From the NCBI GenBank assembly GCA_036514675.1, contig DATBWS010000003.1:1-54102 (forward strand): a stretch of 54,102 nucleotides of DNA, in the 5' to 3' direction. This DNA is from Candidatus Hydromicrobium sp. GTDB taxonomy: Bacteria > Actinomycetota > Humimicrobiia > Humimicrobiales > Humimicrobiaceae. Shown here one piece after another: positions 28,409-38,126 of the stretch. The translations under genes and the position numbers were made by a program. Position 1 is the first letter of the stretch. Each line of letters starts with the position of its first letter. The notes beneath the pieces were generated by a model. That model searched no databases and was not told where the DNA came from. It saw only the letters and a list, made by a program, of their open reading frames with translations.

Positions 28409-29544
28409 TTATGAAGGTCAGCAATAGAGAAAAAATATTATATGCACTGGTTGATAAAAAAGTCAAACCGGTAAAATTTATAGATAAATACAGGCAAAAT
28501 AACGGTGACATAAATAAAACTCTGGATTACTTTTTAAAATACGAAAATTTAAAGCTGAATTATGGAACAAGTAAAAAAAATAATAATCATATCAGCGTCG
28601 AGGAGAGCAATTACCGGAAAATAGCTGATTTTATTTTGAAAAATGAAGTAGATTTGCTTGACATCAGCGACGATAGCTATCCGGATATATTAAGACAGAT
28701 ATATTCACCTCCTCCTTTATTATTTTTTAAAGGCAATAAAATAAAAGAAGCAAAATTTAGCGTTGCTATTGTCGGCAGCAGGAAATGTACCGCTTACGGT
28801 CGAGAAGCGGCCGGGTATATAAGCAGGAATTTATCGGAGATTGGAATAACGGTTGTAAGCGGCCTGGCGGTAGGAATTGATAGTTGTGCACATAAGGCAG
28901 CGCTGAAAGGAAAAGGAGGAAGCATCGGGGTTCTGGGCTGTGGTATTGATATCGTTTATCCTCCTGAAAATAAATTTTTATATGAGGAAATACTTTTAAA
29001 TGGCAGTATAATAACCGAATTTTTTCCGAAAACTCCGCCGCTTAAAAGTAATTTTCCGATCAGGAACAGAATAATCAGCGGACTTTGCAGGGGAGTTGTA
29101 GTGGTAGAAGCAGGAGAAAAAAGCGGAGCAGTAATAACATGCGAAATAGCACTGAAGCAGAACAGAGAAGTATTCGCAGTTCCGGGTAATATTTTTAATC
29201 CGATGAGCAGAGGCTGTCATAAACTGATTAAAAGTGGTGCTAAGCTCGTAGAGAGCATTGATGACATACTGGAGGAATTTTACGAGTATTATAAAGGAAA
29301 TTTAAAATTATGCAGTGACCATGACTATCCCAGCAGCCGGAAAGTAAATAACAGGCATAATACTGAGATTCAGGGTGATGAGCTCAAGATATATGAGTTT
29401 ATCGGATACAAAGCAAAAAGTGTGGAAGAAATAGTGAAATACTCAAAAATGGAAGTTAAAGAAGTCTTAAGCATATTGACCTCCCTTGAAATAAAGCAGT
29501 TGATCAAGGAAGATAGTTTTAATAAATATAGTAGATTATTTTAA
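28405..29544 (+). CDS. dprA: DNA processing protein DprA
   Basis: Rossmann-like core VVSGLAVGIDSCAH..GVVVVEAGEKSGA. Overlaps the comM stop (TTGA). Confidence 0.9.
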   Translation: MIMKVSNREKILYALVDKKVKPVKFIDKYRQNNGDINKTLDYFLKYENLKLNYGTSKKNNNHISVEESNYRKIADFILKNEVDLLDISDDSYPDILRQIYSPPPLLFFKGNKIKEAKFSVAIVGSRKCTAYGREAAGYISRNLSEIGITVVSGLAVGIDSCAHKAALKGKGGSIGVLGCGIDIVYPPENKFLYEEILLNGSIITEFFPKTPPLKSNFPIRNRIISGLCRGVVVVEAGEKSGAVITCEIALKQNREVFAVPGNIFNPMSRGCHKLIKSGAKLVESIDDILEEFYEYYKGNLKLCSDHDYPSSRKVNNRHNTEIQGDELKIYEFIGYKAKSVEEIVKYSKMEVKEVLSILTSLEIKQLIKEDSFNKYSRLF

Positions 29545-29602
29545 ATTTTGTATTAGAATAATAATATATTTTTTAATTAGAAACAGGCAGAGAATATAGA
29601 AA

Positions 29603-30025
29603 ATGGCATTATTAGGAAGAAAAAAAATCGAAAAGCCTAAAAGCCCCCTGGGGCATGCATTATATGAGTATGATAATATCATTAAAAAAGACTTAAAACA
29701 GATCCTGGATGAAATGAATGCGGAAAAGAAACTTAAGGCGGAGAAAGTTAATATTATCCTGAAGGACGTCAATTATAAGTTTGATGGCATACTTGATAAT
29801 TTGTCCATAAAAAATTTAAAAGTTGATTATAGATCCGACAGAATAAGATATTTAATTATTGATATGATAGGCAAGCTAAAAACTTTTTTAAATGAAGCAA
29901 AAACTTATGATTACGATCCATTAAAAAAAGGGAAAGATGAAAAATCTCCCGGAATAAGTGAAGTAAAGGATATCAGGGAGATTATAAAAAGAAAGATGAA
30001 GGATATCGAGAGTGACTATATATAA
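29603..30025 (+). CDS. Hypothetical protein (no recognisable motif)
   Basis: 140-aa ORF, Lys/Asp/Ile-rich. Coding potential is judged only from ORF length and strand consistency. Confidence 0.45.
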   Translation: MALLGRKKIEKPKSPLGHALYEYDNIIKKDLKQILDEMNAEKKLKAEKVNIILKDVNYKFDGILDNLSIKNLKVDYRSDRIRYLIIDMIGKLKTFLNEAKTYDYDPLKKGKDEKSPGISEVKDIREIIKRKMKDIESDYI

Positions 30026-30037
30026 ATATGTATAAAT

Positions 30038-30952
30038 ATGGATTTATTTAATTGTTTGGAACTATATATAAGGTACCTGAAGTATGAAAAAAATTTATCT
30101 CTAAATTCTATAAATTCATATCAAAAAGATATCATACAGTTTTTGGATTTTTTAAAAAGTAAAAATATTACTGAAACTGCCGGGCTAAATTTAAATATTT
30201 TCAGGGATTTTTTAAAATCTTTAGATAACTACCACTATTCAAATAGAACTATTATTAGAAAGTATTCTTCTCTTATAAACTTCTTTAGATTTCTTGAAAG
30301 AAATGATTATATTGACTTCCAGCTGACCCAGGCCATAAATGTTCCGCGAAAACGTCACCGATTCTACTCTTTTATGTCCGTAAATGAAACTGAAAAGCTA
30401 TTTGACAGTTTTAAACCTGAGAACGATTTAGAAATTAGAGACAGGGCTATACTTGAGCTGCTTTATTCCACAGGAGCCAGGATAAGTGAAGTGGAGGGTT
30501 TAAAAACCGGGGATATTGATCTTCAAAATAGTGAAGTAGTGGTAACCGGTAAGGGTAGAAAACAGAGATTTGTTTACCTGAATCAGGCGGCAGTATCCTG
30601 GATAAAAAAATATCTTGAAATAAGAAGTAAATTGGTTTGTCCGGGGGAAGATAGATATATAAGGGATAAACATTTATTTTTAAATAAATTTGGGAAAAGG
30701 TTATCCTCGCGCAGTATGAGAACCATAGTCAAAAAATATGTAAAAAAAGCAGTTATTGATAAGAATATCACCCCTCACAGCATCAGGCACAGTTTTGCCA
30801 CTCACCTGCTTCAGGAAGGAGCGGGGATAAGGGAGATCCAGGAACTTTTGGGCCATGAAAACATATCTACCACGCAAATATACTCACATTTGAATGTTAA
30901 AAAGTTAAAAAAAGACTATAAGAAATTTCACCCCAGAGCAGAAGTAAAATAA
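30038..30952 (+). CDS. Tyrosine recombinase XerC/XerD family
   Basis: Catalytic residues in TGARISE, HSIRHSFATHLL, LGHENISTTQIYSH. N-terminal SAM-like core-binding domain. Confidence 0.85.
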   Translation: MDLFNCLELYIRYLKYEKNLSLNSINSYQKDIIQFLDFLKSKNITETAGLNLNIFRDFLKSLDNYHYSNRTIIRKYSSLINFFRFLERNDYIDFQLTQAINVPRKRHRFYSFMSVNETEKLFDSFKPENDLEIRDRAILELLYSTGARISEVEGLKTGDIDLQNSEVVVTGKGRKQRFVYLNQAAVSWIKKYLEIRSKLVCPGEDRYIRDKHLFLNKFGKRLSSRSMRTIVKKYVKKAVIDKNITPHSIRHSFATHLLQEGAGIREIQELLGHENISTTQIYSHLNVKKLKKDYKKFHPRAEVK

Positions 30953-30996
30953 AGATAAAAATAGTATTTTTACCTTAATAATATGACAATTTATTA

Positions 30997-31025
30997 TTGA
31001 TTATTTGATGAAATATAGGTATTAT
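30997..31025 (+). promoter_or_regulatory. Putative promoter of rpsB-tsf
   Basis: TTGATT (30997-31002), 17-nt spacer, TATTAT (31020-31025). Confidence 0.45.
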
Positions 31026-31052
31026 GCTAGACTTGAACGTTGAAATCACACA

Positions 31053-31099
31053 CACCACTTGAGGCATTATGGTGAACAAATACGGCGGTTAAAGTGGTG
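31053..31099 (+). promoter_or_regulatory. Structured 5' leader element upstream of rpsB
   Basis: Perfect 8-nt complementarity between CACCACTT (31053-31060) and AAGTGGTG (31092-31099), enclosing 31 nt, about 25 nt upstream of the AGGAGG SD. Confidence 0.35.
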
Positions 31100-31132
31100 G
31101 AGGAAAAACCATAAAAACAAGGAGGTATTATT

Positions 31133-31921
31133 TTGAGTATTGTAACTATGAAGCAGCTTCTGGAGGTAGGGGTTCATTTTGGTCATCAGACCAAGAAATG
31201 GAATCCCAAGATGAAAAAATATATATACACAGATAAAAATGGTATATATATAATTGATCTTCAGGAAACCCAGAGGCTCTTGATTGAGGCGTATGAATAT
31301 GTAAAAAAAGTTGCCAGTGAAGGCGGAGTCATATTGTTTGTGGGTACCAAGAAGCAGACCCAGGATATAATAGAATCTTATGCCAGGGAATGTGGAATGC
31401 CTTATGTTAAAAACAGGTGGCTGGGAGGCACTCTTACTAATTTTGAAACCATAACTAAGAGAACAAAAAGAATTGATGAAATAGAAGATATGGAAAAATC
31501 GGGTATTTTTGAAAAGTTACCCAAAAAGGAAGTCCTGGGGATAAGAAAAGAATATGAAAAGCTTCTCCTTAATATAGGGGGTATAAGAAATATGAAAAAA
31601 CTTCCCGATGTCCTTTATGCTATTGATCCTAACAAAGAAATGATTGCTATAAAGGAAGCAAGGAAACTGGGGATACCTATCGTAGCCATAACGGATACAA
31701 ATTGTGATCCTGACCTTATTGATTTTGTTATCCCTGGTAACGATGATGCTATTCGTTCCTGCAGCCTGATAACCAGTGTGATATGTGAAGCCATAAAAAA
31801 AGGTAAGGAAGAGAAGGTTAAGCTTGAAGAAAGCCCGGAGGAAGAAGAAGCAAAGGAGTTGGAAGAAGAAAAAACCGAAGATAAATTAGAAGATTCACCG
31901 GGAGATGATGTATGGGTTTAG
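31133..31921 (+). CDS. rpsB: 30S ribosomal protein S2
   Basis: [19 protein letters not shown] signature. TTG start. Acidic C-terminal tail. Confidence 0.95.
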   Translation: MSIVTMKQLLEVGVHFGHQTKKWNPKMKKYIYTDKNGIYIIDLQETQRLLIEAYEYVKKVASEGGVILFVGTKKQTQDIIESYARECGMPYVKNRWLGGTLTNFETITKRTKRIDEIEDMEKSGIFEKLPKKEVLGIRKEYEKLLLNIGGIRNMKKLPDVLYAIDPNKEMIAIKEARKLGIPIVAITDTNCDPDLIDFVIPGNDDAIRSCSLITSVICEAIKKGKEEKVKLEESPEEEEAKELEEEKTEDKLEDSPGDDVWV

Positions 31922-31947
31922 AGATTTAGAGATTATAGGGAGGAACA

Positions 31948-32547
31948 ATGGAAATTAAAGCAGAATTGGTTAAGGAATTACGGAAAAAAAGCAGCGCCGG
32001 AATGATGGATTGTAAAAAAGCTCTGGTTGAGGGTAAAGGAGATATAAAGAAAGCAGAAGAGATATTAAAGGAAAAAGGACTGGCACAGGCTTCCAGGAAA
32101 GCTTCAAGAGCTACGAAGGAAGGTCTGATCAGCAGCTATATACATTTGGGATCCAAGGTTGGAGTACTGGTTGAAGTTAATTGTGAAACCGATTTTGTAG
32201 CCAGAAATGAGATGTTTAAAAATTTAGTGCATGATATTGTACTGCATATTGCAGCAGCAGCACCCTTATACGTTTCCAAAGAAGACGTGCCTGGCGAGGT
32301 GCTGGATAAAGAGAAGGAACTTTACAGGAAGCAAGCCATAAATGAAGGAAAACCTGAGAAAATTTTGGATCAGATTGCCAAAGGTAAGCTTAAAAAATAT
32401 TATGAGGAAAACTGTCTTCTGGAACAGCCATTTGTAAAAGATAATGATATAAAGATAGGAGACTTAGTAAAACAGAATATAGCAAAAATAGGTGAGAATA
32501 TAGTAATTAAGAGGTTTACAAGATACGTCCTTGGCGAAGAGAGATAA
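31948..32547 (+). CDS. tsf: Elongation factor Ts (short form)
   Basis: N-terminal LRKKSSAGMMDCKKAL UBA-like motif. 199 aa. Confidence 0.95.
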   Translation: MEIKAELVKELRKKSSAGMMDCKKALVEGKGDIKKAEEILKEKGLAQASRKASRATKEGLISSYIHLGSKVGVLVEVNCETDFVARNEMFKNLVHDIVLHIAAAAPLYVSKEDVPGEVLDKEKELYRKQAINEGKPEKILDQIAKGKLKKYYEENCLLEQPFVKDNDIKIGDLVKQNIAKIGENIVIKRFTRYVLGEER

Positions 32548-32594
32548 AAAGCACTTTTGAATATTTTTTGCCCGCAAGGCAATAAATAAAAGAT

Positions 32595-33314
32595 ATGGAA
32601 AAATTAAAATACAGCAGGGTTTTACTTAAGATCAGCGGTGAAGCATTATTAGGCGACCTGGATTACGGAATAGATCCCCGGGTCACCAATAATATATCCA
32701 GTCAGATAAAGGAAGTGGTAGAGCTGGGAGTGGAGGTTGCGGTAGTAATTGGCGGAGGGAATTTCTGGAGAGGTGTTTCTGCCAGTACAAATGGCATGGA
32801 TAGGACTACTGCCGATTATATCGGAATACTGGCAACTATTATGAATGCCCTGGGACTTCAGAATGCATTGGAAAGAATGGGAATAATTACCAGGGTTCAA
32901 ACTGCAATATCAATGCAGGAAATTGCCGAACCTTTCATCAGGAGAAGGGCAGTAAGACACCTTGAGAAAAAGAGAGTAGTAATATTTGCCGGCGGAACCG
33001 GCAATCCATATTTTACAACCGATACTGCTGCTGCATTAAGAGCGCTGGAAATAGAAGCAGAAATAATATTTAAAGCTACAAAAGTAGACGGTGTATACGA
33101 TAAAGATCCTCTGAAATTTAAAGATGCTAAGAAGTTCGTTAAATTAACTTTCCTGGATGTATTAAGAAAAAATCTTAAAGTTCTGGATTCCACAGCTACT
33201 TCTTTATGTATGGAAAATAATTTACCTATTATAGTCTTCGATATCACAAAGCCGGGTAATATAAAAGGAGTCATAATGGGTAAAAAAATTGGTACTTTAG
33301 TTACAAAGGAGTAA
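32595..33314 (+). CDS. pyrH: UMP kinase
   Basis: [11 protein letters not shown] and [10 protein letters not shown] motifs. Confidence 0.95.
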   Translation: MEKLKYSRVLLKISGEALLGDLDYGIDPRVTNNISSQIKEVVELGVEVAVVIGGGNFWRGVSASTNGMDRTTADYIGILATIMNALGLQNALERMGIITRVQTAISMQEIAEPFIRRRAVRHLEKKRVVIFAGGTGNPYFTTDTAAALRALEIEAEIIFKATKVDGVYDKDPLKFKDAKKFVKLTFLDVLRKNLKVLDSTATSLCMENNLPIIVFDITKPGNIKGVIMGKKIGTLVTKE

Positions 33315-33317
33315 GAA

Positions 33318-33875
33318 ATGAAAGATGCATTGCTGATTGATACAAAAAAAAGAATGAATCAATCTCTGGAAAGAACCCAGCATGAATTTAATACTATCAG
33401 AACAGGGAGAGCATCCGTATCGTTACTCGATAATATTTATATTGATTATTATGGCAGCAAGACTCTATTAAAACATATGTCCAATGTGAGCATACCTGAA
33501 CCGAGAGTTATTCTGATTTCACCTTACGAACCAAAGTTTTTAAGAGAGATCGAAACTCAGATATCTAAATCTGATCTGGGTATTAATCCATCAAATGATG
33601 GGAAAGTTATCCGGCTTAATATACCTCCTTTAAATGAAGAAAGAAGAAGAGAATTGGTCAAATTAGTTAAGAAGATTGTAGAAGATGGGAGAATAGCCAT
33701 CAGAAATATCAGAAGAGAGATAAATGACGAATTCAAAAAGCTGGAAAATGAAAGTAAAATAACCGAAGATGATCTGATAAATTCTCAGGAAGAAGTTCAG
33801 AAAATCACTGATGAATTTATAGAAAAGATTAATGATTCTTTAGCCCAGAAAGAAAAAGAAATTATGGAAGTGTAG
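33318..33875 (+). CDS. frr: Ribosome recycling factor
   Basis: 185 aa. RTGRASVSLLD and IRNIRRE motifs. Confidence 0.95.
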   Translation: MKDALLIDTKKRMNQSLERTQHEFNTIRTGRASVSLLDNIYIDYYGSKTLLKHMSNVSIPEPRVILISPYEPKFLREIETQISKSDLGINPSNDGKVIRLNIPPLNEERRRELVKLVKKIVEDGRIAIRNIRREINDEFKKLENESKITEDDLINSQEEVQKITDEFIEKINDSLAQKEKEIMEV

Positions 33876-33887
33876 GTAGGAAATATT

Positions 33888-34649
33888 TTGAGCTTATTTT
33901 CTTCTATTTTCTCTTCTATAAGAGTTCCGGCCGTAAAAGAACTAAAAAAAAATAATATTCCAGAACACGTGGCTATCATTATGGATGGAAACGGCAGATG
34001 GGCCGTAAAAAGAAAATTACCGCGGTCTGCCGGCCACAGAGCTGGCGTGGAAGCTCTAAGGAATATTATAACCATATGTATAGAATTGGGGATAAAATTC
34101 TTAACCGTATATTCATTTTCCAGTGAGAACTGGCAAAGACCAAAGGATGAGGTAAATTTTTTATTAAATCTTTTTTTGGAATCTTTAAAAGAAGAACTGG
34201 AAAATCTGGATAAAAACGGAGTAAGAGTAAAATTAATTGGTGATAGAAAAGAAATACCTTTCGAAATACTTAAGGCTTTTGAAAATGCAGAAAAAAAGAC
34301 TGAAAATAATGATAAGCTATTTTTCAATATTGCTTTTAACTACGGTTCCAGACAGGAAATTATAGATGCAGTCAAAAGGATATATAAAGCAGCCAGCAGA
34401 AATGATATTGATATTGAGGAACTGGATGAGAAAAATTTTTCAGATTATTTATTTACTAGAGACTGTCCCGATCCTGATTTTTTAATCAGAACCAGTGGTG
34501 AATACAGAGTAAGTAATTTCCTGCTGTGGCAAATCGCATACTGCGAATTTTATTTTGTGAAAACGCTATGGCCGGACTTCAGAAAGAAAAACTTCTTAAA
34601 AGCTATTTATTATTATCAGCTGAGAAATAGAAGATTTGGCAGGTTGTGA
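33888..34649 (+). CDS. uppS: Undecaprenyl diphosphate synthase
   Basis: HVAIIMDGNGRWA, FSSENWQRP, IRTSGEYRVSNFLLWQ motifs. TTG start. Confidence 0.95.
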   Translation: MSLFSSIFSSIRVPAVKELKKNNIPEHVAIIMDGNGRWAVKRKLPRSAGHRAGVEALRNIITICIELGIKFLTVYSFSSENWQRPKDEVNFLLNLFLESLKEELENLDKNGVRVKLIGDRKEIPFEILKAFENAEKKTENNDKLFFNIAFNYGSRQEIIDAVKRIYKAASRNDIDIEELDEKNFSDYLFTRDCPDPDFLIRTSGEYRVSNFLLWQIAYCEFYFVKTLWPDFRKKNFLKAIYYYQLRNRRFGRL

Positions 34650-34655
34650 TTTCAG

Positions 34656-35720
34656 ATGCAAGTTATAACTACCATTCTCCAGTATATTCTGGCAATAATC
34701 GGATTATCTCTGATAGTATTGGTCCATGAGTTCGGGCACTTTTTAATGGCCAAATTAAGCGGAATACATGTTGAGGAATTTTTTATTGGTTTTGGCCCGA
34801 AGCTTTTTAAATTTAAAGACAGAAAAGGCACTACTTATGGCATAAGCGCCATACCGGTTGGAGGTTATAATAAACTGCTGGGTATGGATAGAAATGAATC
34901 CGTACCTCCTCATTTGAAAGATAAAGCGTTTCAGAATAAGCCTTTTTATAAAAAATTACTGGTCTCGATTGGCGGCGTAGGTTTTAACATAATTTTTGCT
35001 GTGATACTCATAGGAATTTTTTTGAGTATGGGAGTACTGGTTCCTACTACAATAATCGATTACATTCAGCCTGAAACTCCGGCCGATACAGGTGGTTTTG
35101 AAGTAGGTGACAAAGTTATTGCCCTGAATGATCAAAAAATTGAGAGCTGGGATGATTTTTCTTCTCTGACAAAAAAATATCCTTCCGGGGAAGTAACCTA
35201 TACTGTTGTCCGTGACGGAGAGGAAATAAAGCTCGTAGTAAAACTGGATAAGGTGGAAGGCCAGGGATATTTGGGAATAGGCCCTCAATATGTTAAAGAA
35301 AAATTAGGTTTTTTTGAAATTGTAAAAGAAAGCTTCAGGGTAACATGGGATATAAGTATTACTTATATAAAGTTATTTGGAATGCTGCTTTCGGGTAAAA
35401 TACCTTTTAGTGAAGCCAGGCCGGTTTCACCGGTTGGAATAGTAAATATATTCCAGCAATCGGCATCTATGGGTACGCAGAATTTTATTTTTTTTATTGC
35501 ACTGGTTTCTCTCTTAATGGGTTTCGGAAACTTGATTCCAATCTTTCCTCTGGATGGAGGTAATATCGTACTTATTATAGTAGAGACCATAAGGAAAAAA
35601 CCTGTTCCCAGGAAAGTTATGGAGACACTTAATTTTATAGGAATATTCATTCTTGTTTCCATACTAATAATTGGTTTTGTTTTTGATATAATAAATCCTT
35701 TCGATATCAGAAATATGTAA
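34656..35720 (+). CDS. rseP: Site-2 (M50) zinc metalloprotease RseP/RasP, single PDZ
   Basis: HEFGHF zinc motif in TM1. One PDZ region. FPLDGGN motif near the C-terminus. Confidence 0.9.
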   Translation: MQVITTILQYILAIIGLSLIVLVHEFGHFLMAKLSGIHVEEFFIGFGPKLFKFKDRKGTTYGISAIPVGGYNKLLGMDRNESVPPHLKDKAFQNKPFYKKLLVSIGGVGFNIIFAVILIGIFLSMGVLVPTTIIDYIQPETPADTGGFEVGDKVIALNDQKIESWDDFSSLTKKYPSGEVTYTVVRDGEEIKLVVKLDKVEGQGYLGIGPQYVKEKLGFFEIVKESFRVTWDISITYIKLFGMLLSGKIPFSEARPVSPVGIVNIFQQSASMGTQNFIFFIALVSLLMGFGNLIPIFPLDGGNIVLIIVETIRKKPVPRKVMETLNFIGIFILVSILIIGFVFDIINPFDIRNM

Positions 35721-35744
35721 TAGTTGAATAAATAATTATTAAAA

Positions 35745-36809
35745 ATGCAGATAATAAGAAAAAAAACAAGGGTCATGCAGGTAGGAAAATTAAAAATAGG
35801 GGGTGATAACCCTATTATCGTTCAGTCTATGACCAAAAGCAAACTGGAGAATCCTGACGGTATCAGAGCTGAAATAAAAGAACTGGTCGGAAGTGGCTGT
35901 GAACTTATAAGAATAGCAATACCTGAGAAGAAATCTGTAGATTATCTTAAAAAATTAATCAGTGAAGGAATTTTTACGGTTCCGGTGGTAGCAGATATTC
36001 AATTTGATTACCGGCTGGCTCTGGAATGTATGGATATCGGAGTTAACGGTATAAGGATAAATCCGGGTAATATAGGGGAGCACAGCCGGGTTTCGAAAAT
36101 TATTGAAAAAGCTAAAAGAAAAAAAGTCGCAATAAGGATTGGCATCAATTCAGGTTCTATAGATAAAAAAATACTTAAAAAAAATAAGGGTAATGTGGTC
36201 AGCTCAATGGTTGAAAGCGCGTTAGAAAATGTTAGACTTTTAGAAAAATTGAAATTTTATAATTTCAAAATATCAGCGAAAGCATCATCGGTTTTGGATA
36301 CTATAAATGTATATGAAGCAATATCGGATAAAGTTGATTATCCTCTGCATCTGGGTGTAACCGAGGCGGGACCTCCGTTCAGGGGTAGTATAAAGTCGTC
36401 GGTGGGCATTGGTATTTTGTTATCCAGAGGAATAGGAGACACTATAAGAGTTTCACTTACCGGAAAATCAACGGATGAGGTAAAAGCTGCATATATAATT
36501 CTTAATAGCTTGAATTTAAGAAAAGTTGGAGTGGATGTTATTTCCTGTCCTACCTGTGGAAGGGCAGCAGATGATTTTCAGCAAATTGTATATGAAATTG
36601 AAAAGCTAACCGCAGGCATTGGAAAGAATTTAAAGCTGGCTATAATGGGTTGTATTGTCAATGGTCCGGGAGAAGCAAAAGACTCAGATCTGGGAATAGC
36701 CTTCGGGAGAGAAAAAGCAGCTATCTTTTTAAAGGGTAAAGTAATAAAAAGAGTAGATAAAAAAATTGCGACAGAAGAGTTTAAAAAGAGCTTAAAAAGA
36801 TTAATTTAA
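35745..36809 (+). CDS. ispG: 4-hydroxy-3-methylbut-2-en-1-yl diphosphate synthase (flavodoxin)
   Basis: GcpE family: IIVQSMT, SCPTCGR and GCIVNGPGE iron-sulfur cysteine motifs. Confidence 0.95.
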   Translation: MQIIRKKTRVMQVGKLKIGGDNPIIVQSMTKSKLENPDGIRAEIKELVGSGCELIRIAIPEKKSVDYLKKLISEGIFTVPVVADIQFDYRLALECMDIGVNGIRINPGNIGEHSRVSKIIEKAKRKKVAIRIGINSGSIDKKILKKNKGNVVSSMVESALENVRLLEKLKFYNFKISAKASSVLDTINVYEAISDKVDYPLHLGVTEAGPPFRGSIKSSVGIGILLSRGIGDTIRVSLTGKSTDEVKAAYIILNSLNLRKVGVDVISCPTCGRAADDFQQIVYEIEKLTAGIGKNLKLAIMGCIVNGPGEAKDSDLGIAFGREKAAIFLKGKVIKRVDKKIATEEFKKSLKRLI

Positions 36810-36830
36810 ATAAATAAAAGGGAGCCTAAA

Positions 36831-38126
36831 TTGAAATTTTCTCAATTTTTTATTCCAACTCTAAAGGAAGAACCGAGTGAAGCAGAGATATCAAGTCATT
36901 CCCTGGCATTGAGAGCCGGACTTATAAGAAAAATTGCATCCGGTATTTATTCTTTTCTACCGCTGGGACTCAAAGTATTAAGGAAGATTGAAGAGATAGT
37001 CAGACAGGAAATGAATAATGCCGGTGCTATTGAACTGTTTTTACCGGTTATGCAGCCGTCTGATTTATGGGAAAAAACGGGGAGGTGGAGAGAGTATGGT
37101 CCGGAAATGTTCAGGTTGAAGGATAGGAACAAGAGGGATTTTTGTCTGGGACCTACCCATGAGGAGTTAATAACCTATCTGGCATATTTAGATTTGAAAT
37201 CATATAAAGATTTACCTCTTAATCTGTATCAAATCCAGGTTAAGTTTAGAGATGAAATAAGGCCAAGATATGGATTGCTCAGGGCCAGGGAATTTATCAT
37301 GAAAGATGCTTATAGTTTTTGCAGGAACGATGATGATCTGGAGGTTATTTACAAAAAGATGCATAACGCATATTGCAGGATACTGGAAAGAATTGGTCTC
37401 CAGTACAAAGTGGTGGAGGCCGATACAGGTCTGATTGGCGGAAGCTCTTCCCATGAATTCATAATACTTGCTGAAAACGGTGAAGATAAATTGGTTTTTT
37501 GTCCGGAATGTGGGTATTCGGCAAATTTCGAGATGTCAGAGTCTGCACCCGAAACCGGCGGTGACAGCTGTATTAATTGCGGAAAAGAGCTCAAATTCGA
37601 AAAAGGAATTGAGATTGGACATATTTTCAAACTGGGCAGTAAATACAGTGACAGGCTGGATGCCAGGTTTCTGGATATAGATGGAAAACTAAAATCTTTA
37701 ATTATGGGCTGTTACGGAATAGGGATTACCAGGATGATGGCAGCGGCAATAGAACAACTGCATGACAGTAAAGGAATAATATGGCCTGTTTCTATAGCTC
37801 CATTTACTATCGATCTTATTGTTACCACTGGAAAAAATGAGCAGTTTTTAAAAGCAGGGGAACTGGTATATAAGACTTTAACCCGATTAAATGTGGAAGT
37901 TCTTTATGATGATAGAGATGTAAATGCAGGGATAAAATTCAAAGATTCGGATTTAATAGGAATACCTATTAGATTTATTCTGGGCAGGAAATTTCTGGAT
38001 AGCAAGTTAATCGATGTTGAATACAGGAAAGATGGTAAGAAGATGGAGCTGCCCCTGGATTCGATTCCGGGATTTATAAAGAAATTAAATACTGCAAATA
38101 ACCTTAAGTCACCCCAAAATGAATAA
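36831..38126 (+). CDS. proS: Prolyl-tRNA synthetase, bacterial type lacking the INS editing domain
   Basis: Class II motifs (FRDEIRPRYGLLRAREF, GCYGIGITR). 431 aa. A CPEC..CINC cluster sits where the INS domain normally lies. TTG start. Confidence 0.9.
   Translation: MKFSQFFIPTLKEEPSEAEISSHSLALRAGLIRKIASGIYSFLPLGLKVLRKIEEIVRQEMNNAGAIELFLPVMQPSDLWEKTGRWREYGPEMFRLKDRNKRDFCLGPTHEELITYLAYLDLKSYKDLPLNLYQIQVKFRDEIRPRYGLLRAREFIMKDAYSFCRNDDDLEVIYKKMHNAYCRILERIGLQYKVVEADTGLIGGSSSHEFIILAENGEDKLVFCPECGYSANFEMSESAPETGGDSCINCGKELKFEKGIEIGHIFKLGSKYSDRLDARFLDIDGKLKSLIMGCYGIGITRMMAAAIEQLHDSKGIIWPVSIAPFTIDLIVTTGKNEQFLKAGELVYKTLTRLNVEVLYDDRDVNAGIKFKDSDLIGIPIRFILGRKFLDSKLIDVEYRKDGKKMELPLDSIPGFIKKLNTANNLKSPQNE

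Noticed and set aside
30038-30952. A tyrosine recombinase that could mark an integrated mobile element.
   Set aside because: It has XerC/XerD-type catalytic motifs and length. It is flanked by dprA and rpsB housekeeping genes. I saw no adjacent tRNA, direct repeats, excisionase or phage/plasmid genes.
32568-32582. A small hairpin (TTGCC-cgcaa-GGCAA) after tsf that could be a terminator.
   Set aside because: The stem is only 5 bp, and the T-run precedes rather than follows the hairpin. pyrH starts 12 nt later, so co-transcription is more likely.
33797-34327. A 176-aa minus-strand ORF overlapping frr and uppS.
   Set aside because: It is antisense to two confidently identified genes and has no motifs. 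Long antisense ORFs are expected in AT-rich, stop-poor reverse frames. The same reasoning applies to 11420..11980, 7897..8418, 42800..43300, 10115..10546 and the other minus-strand or alternative-frame ORFs in the track.
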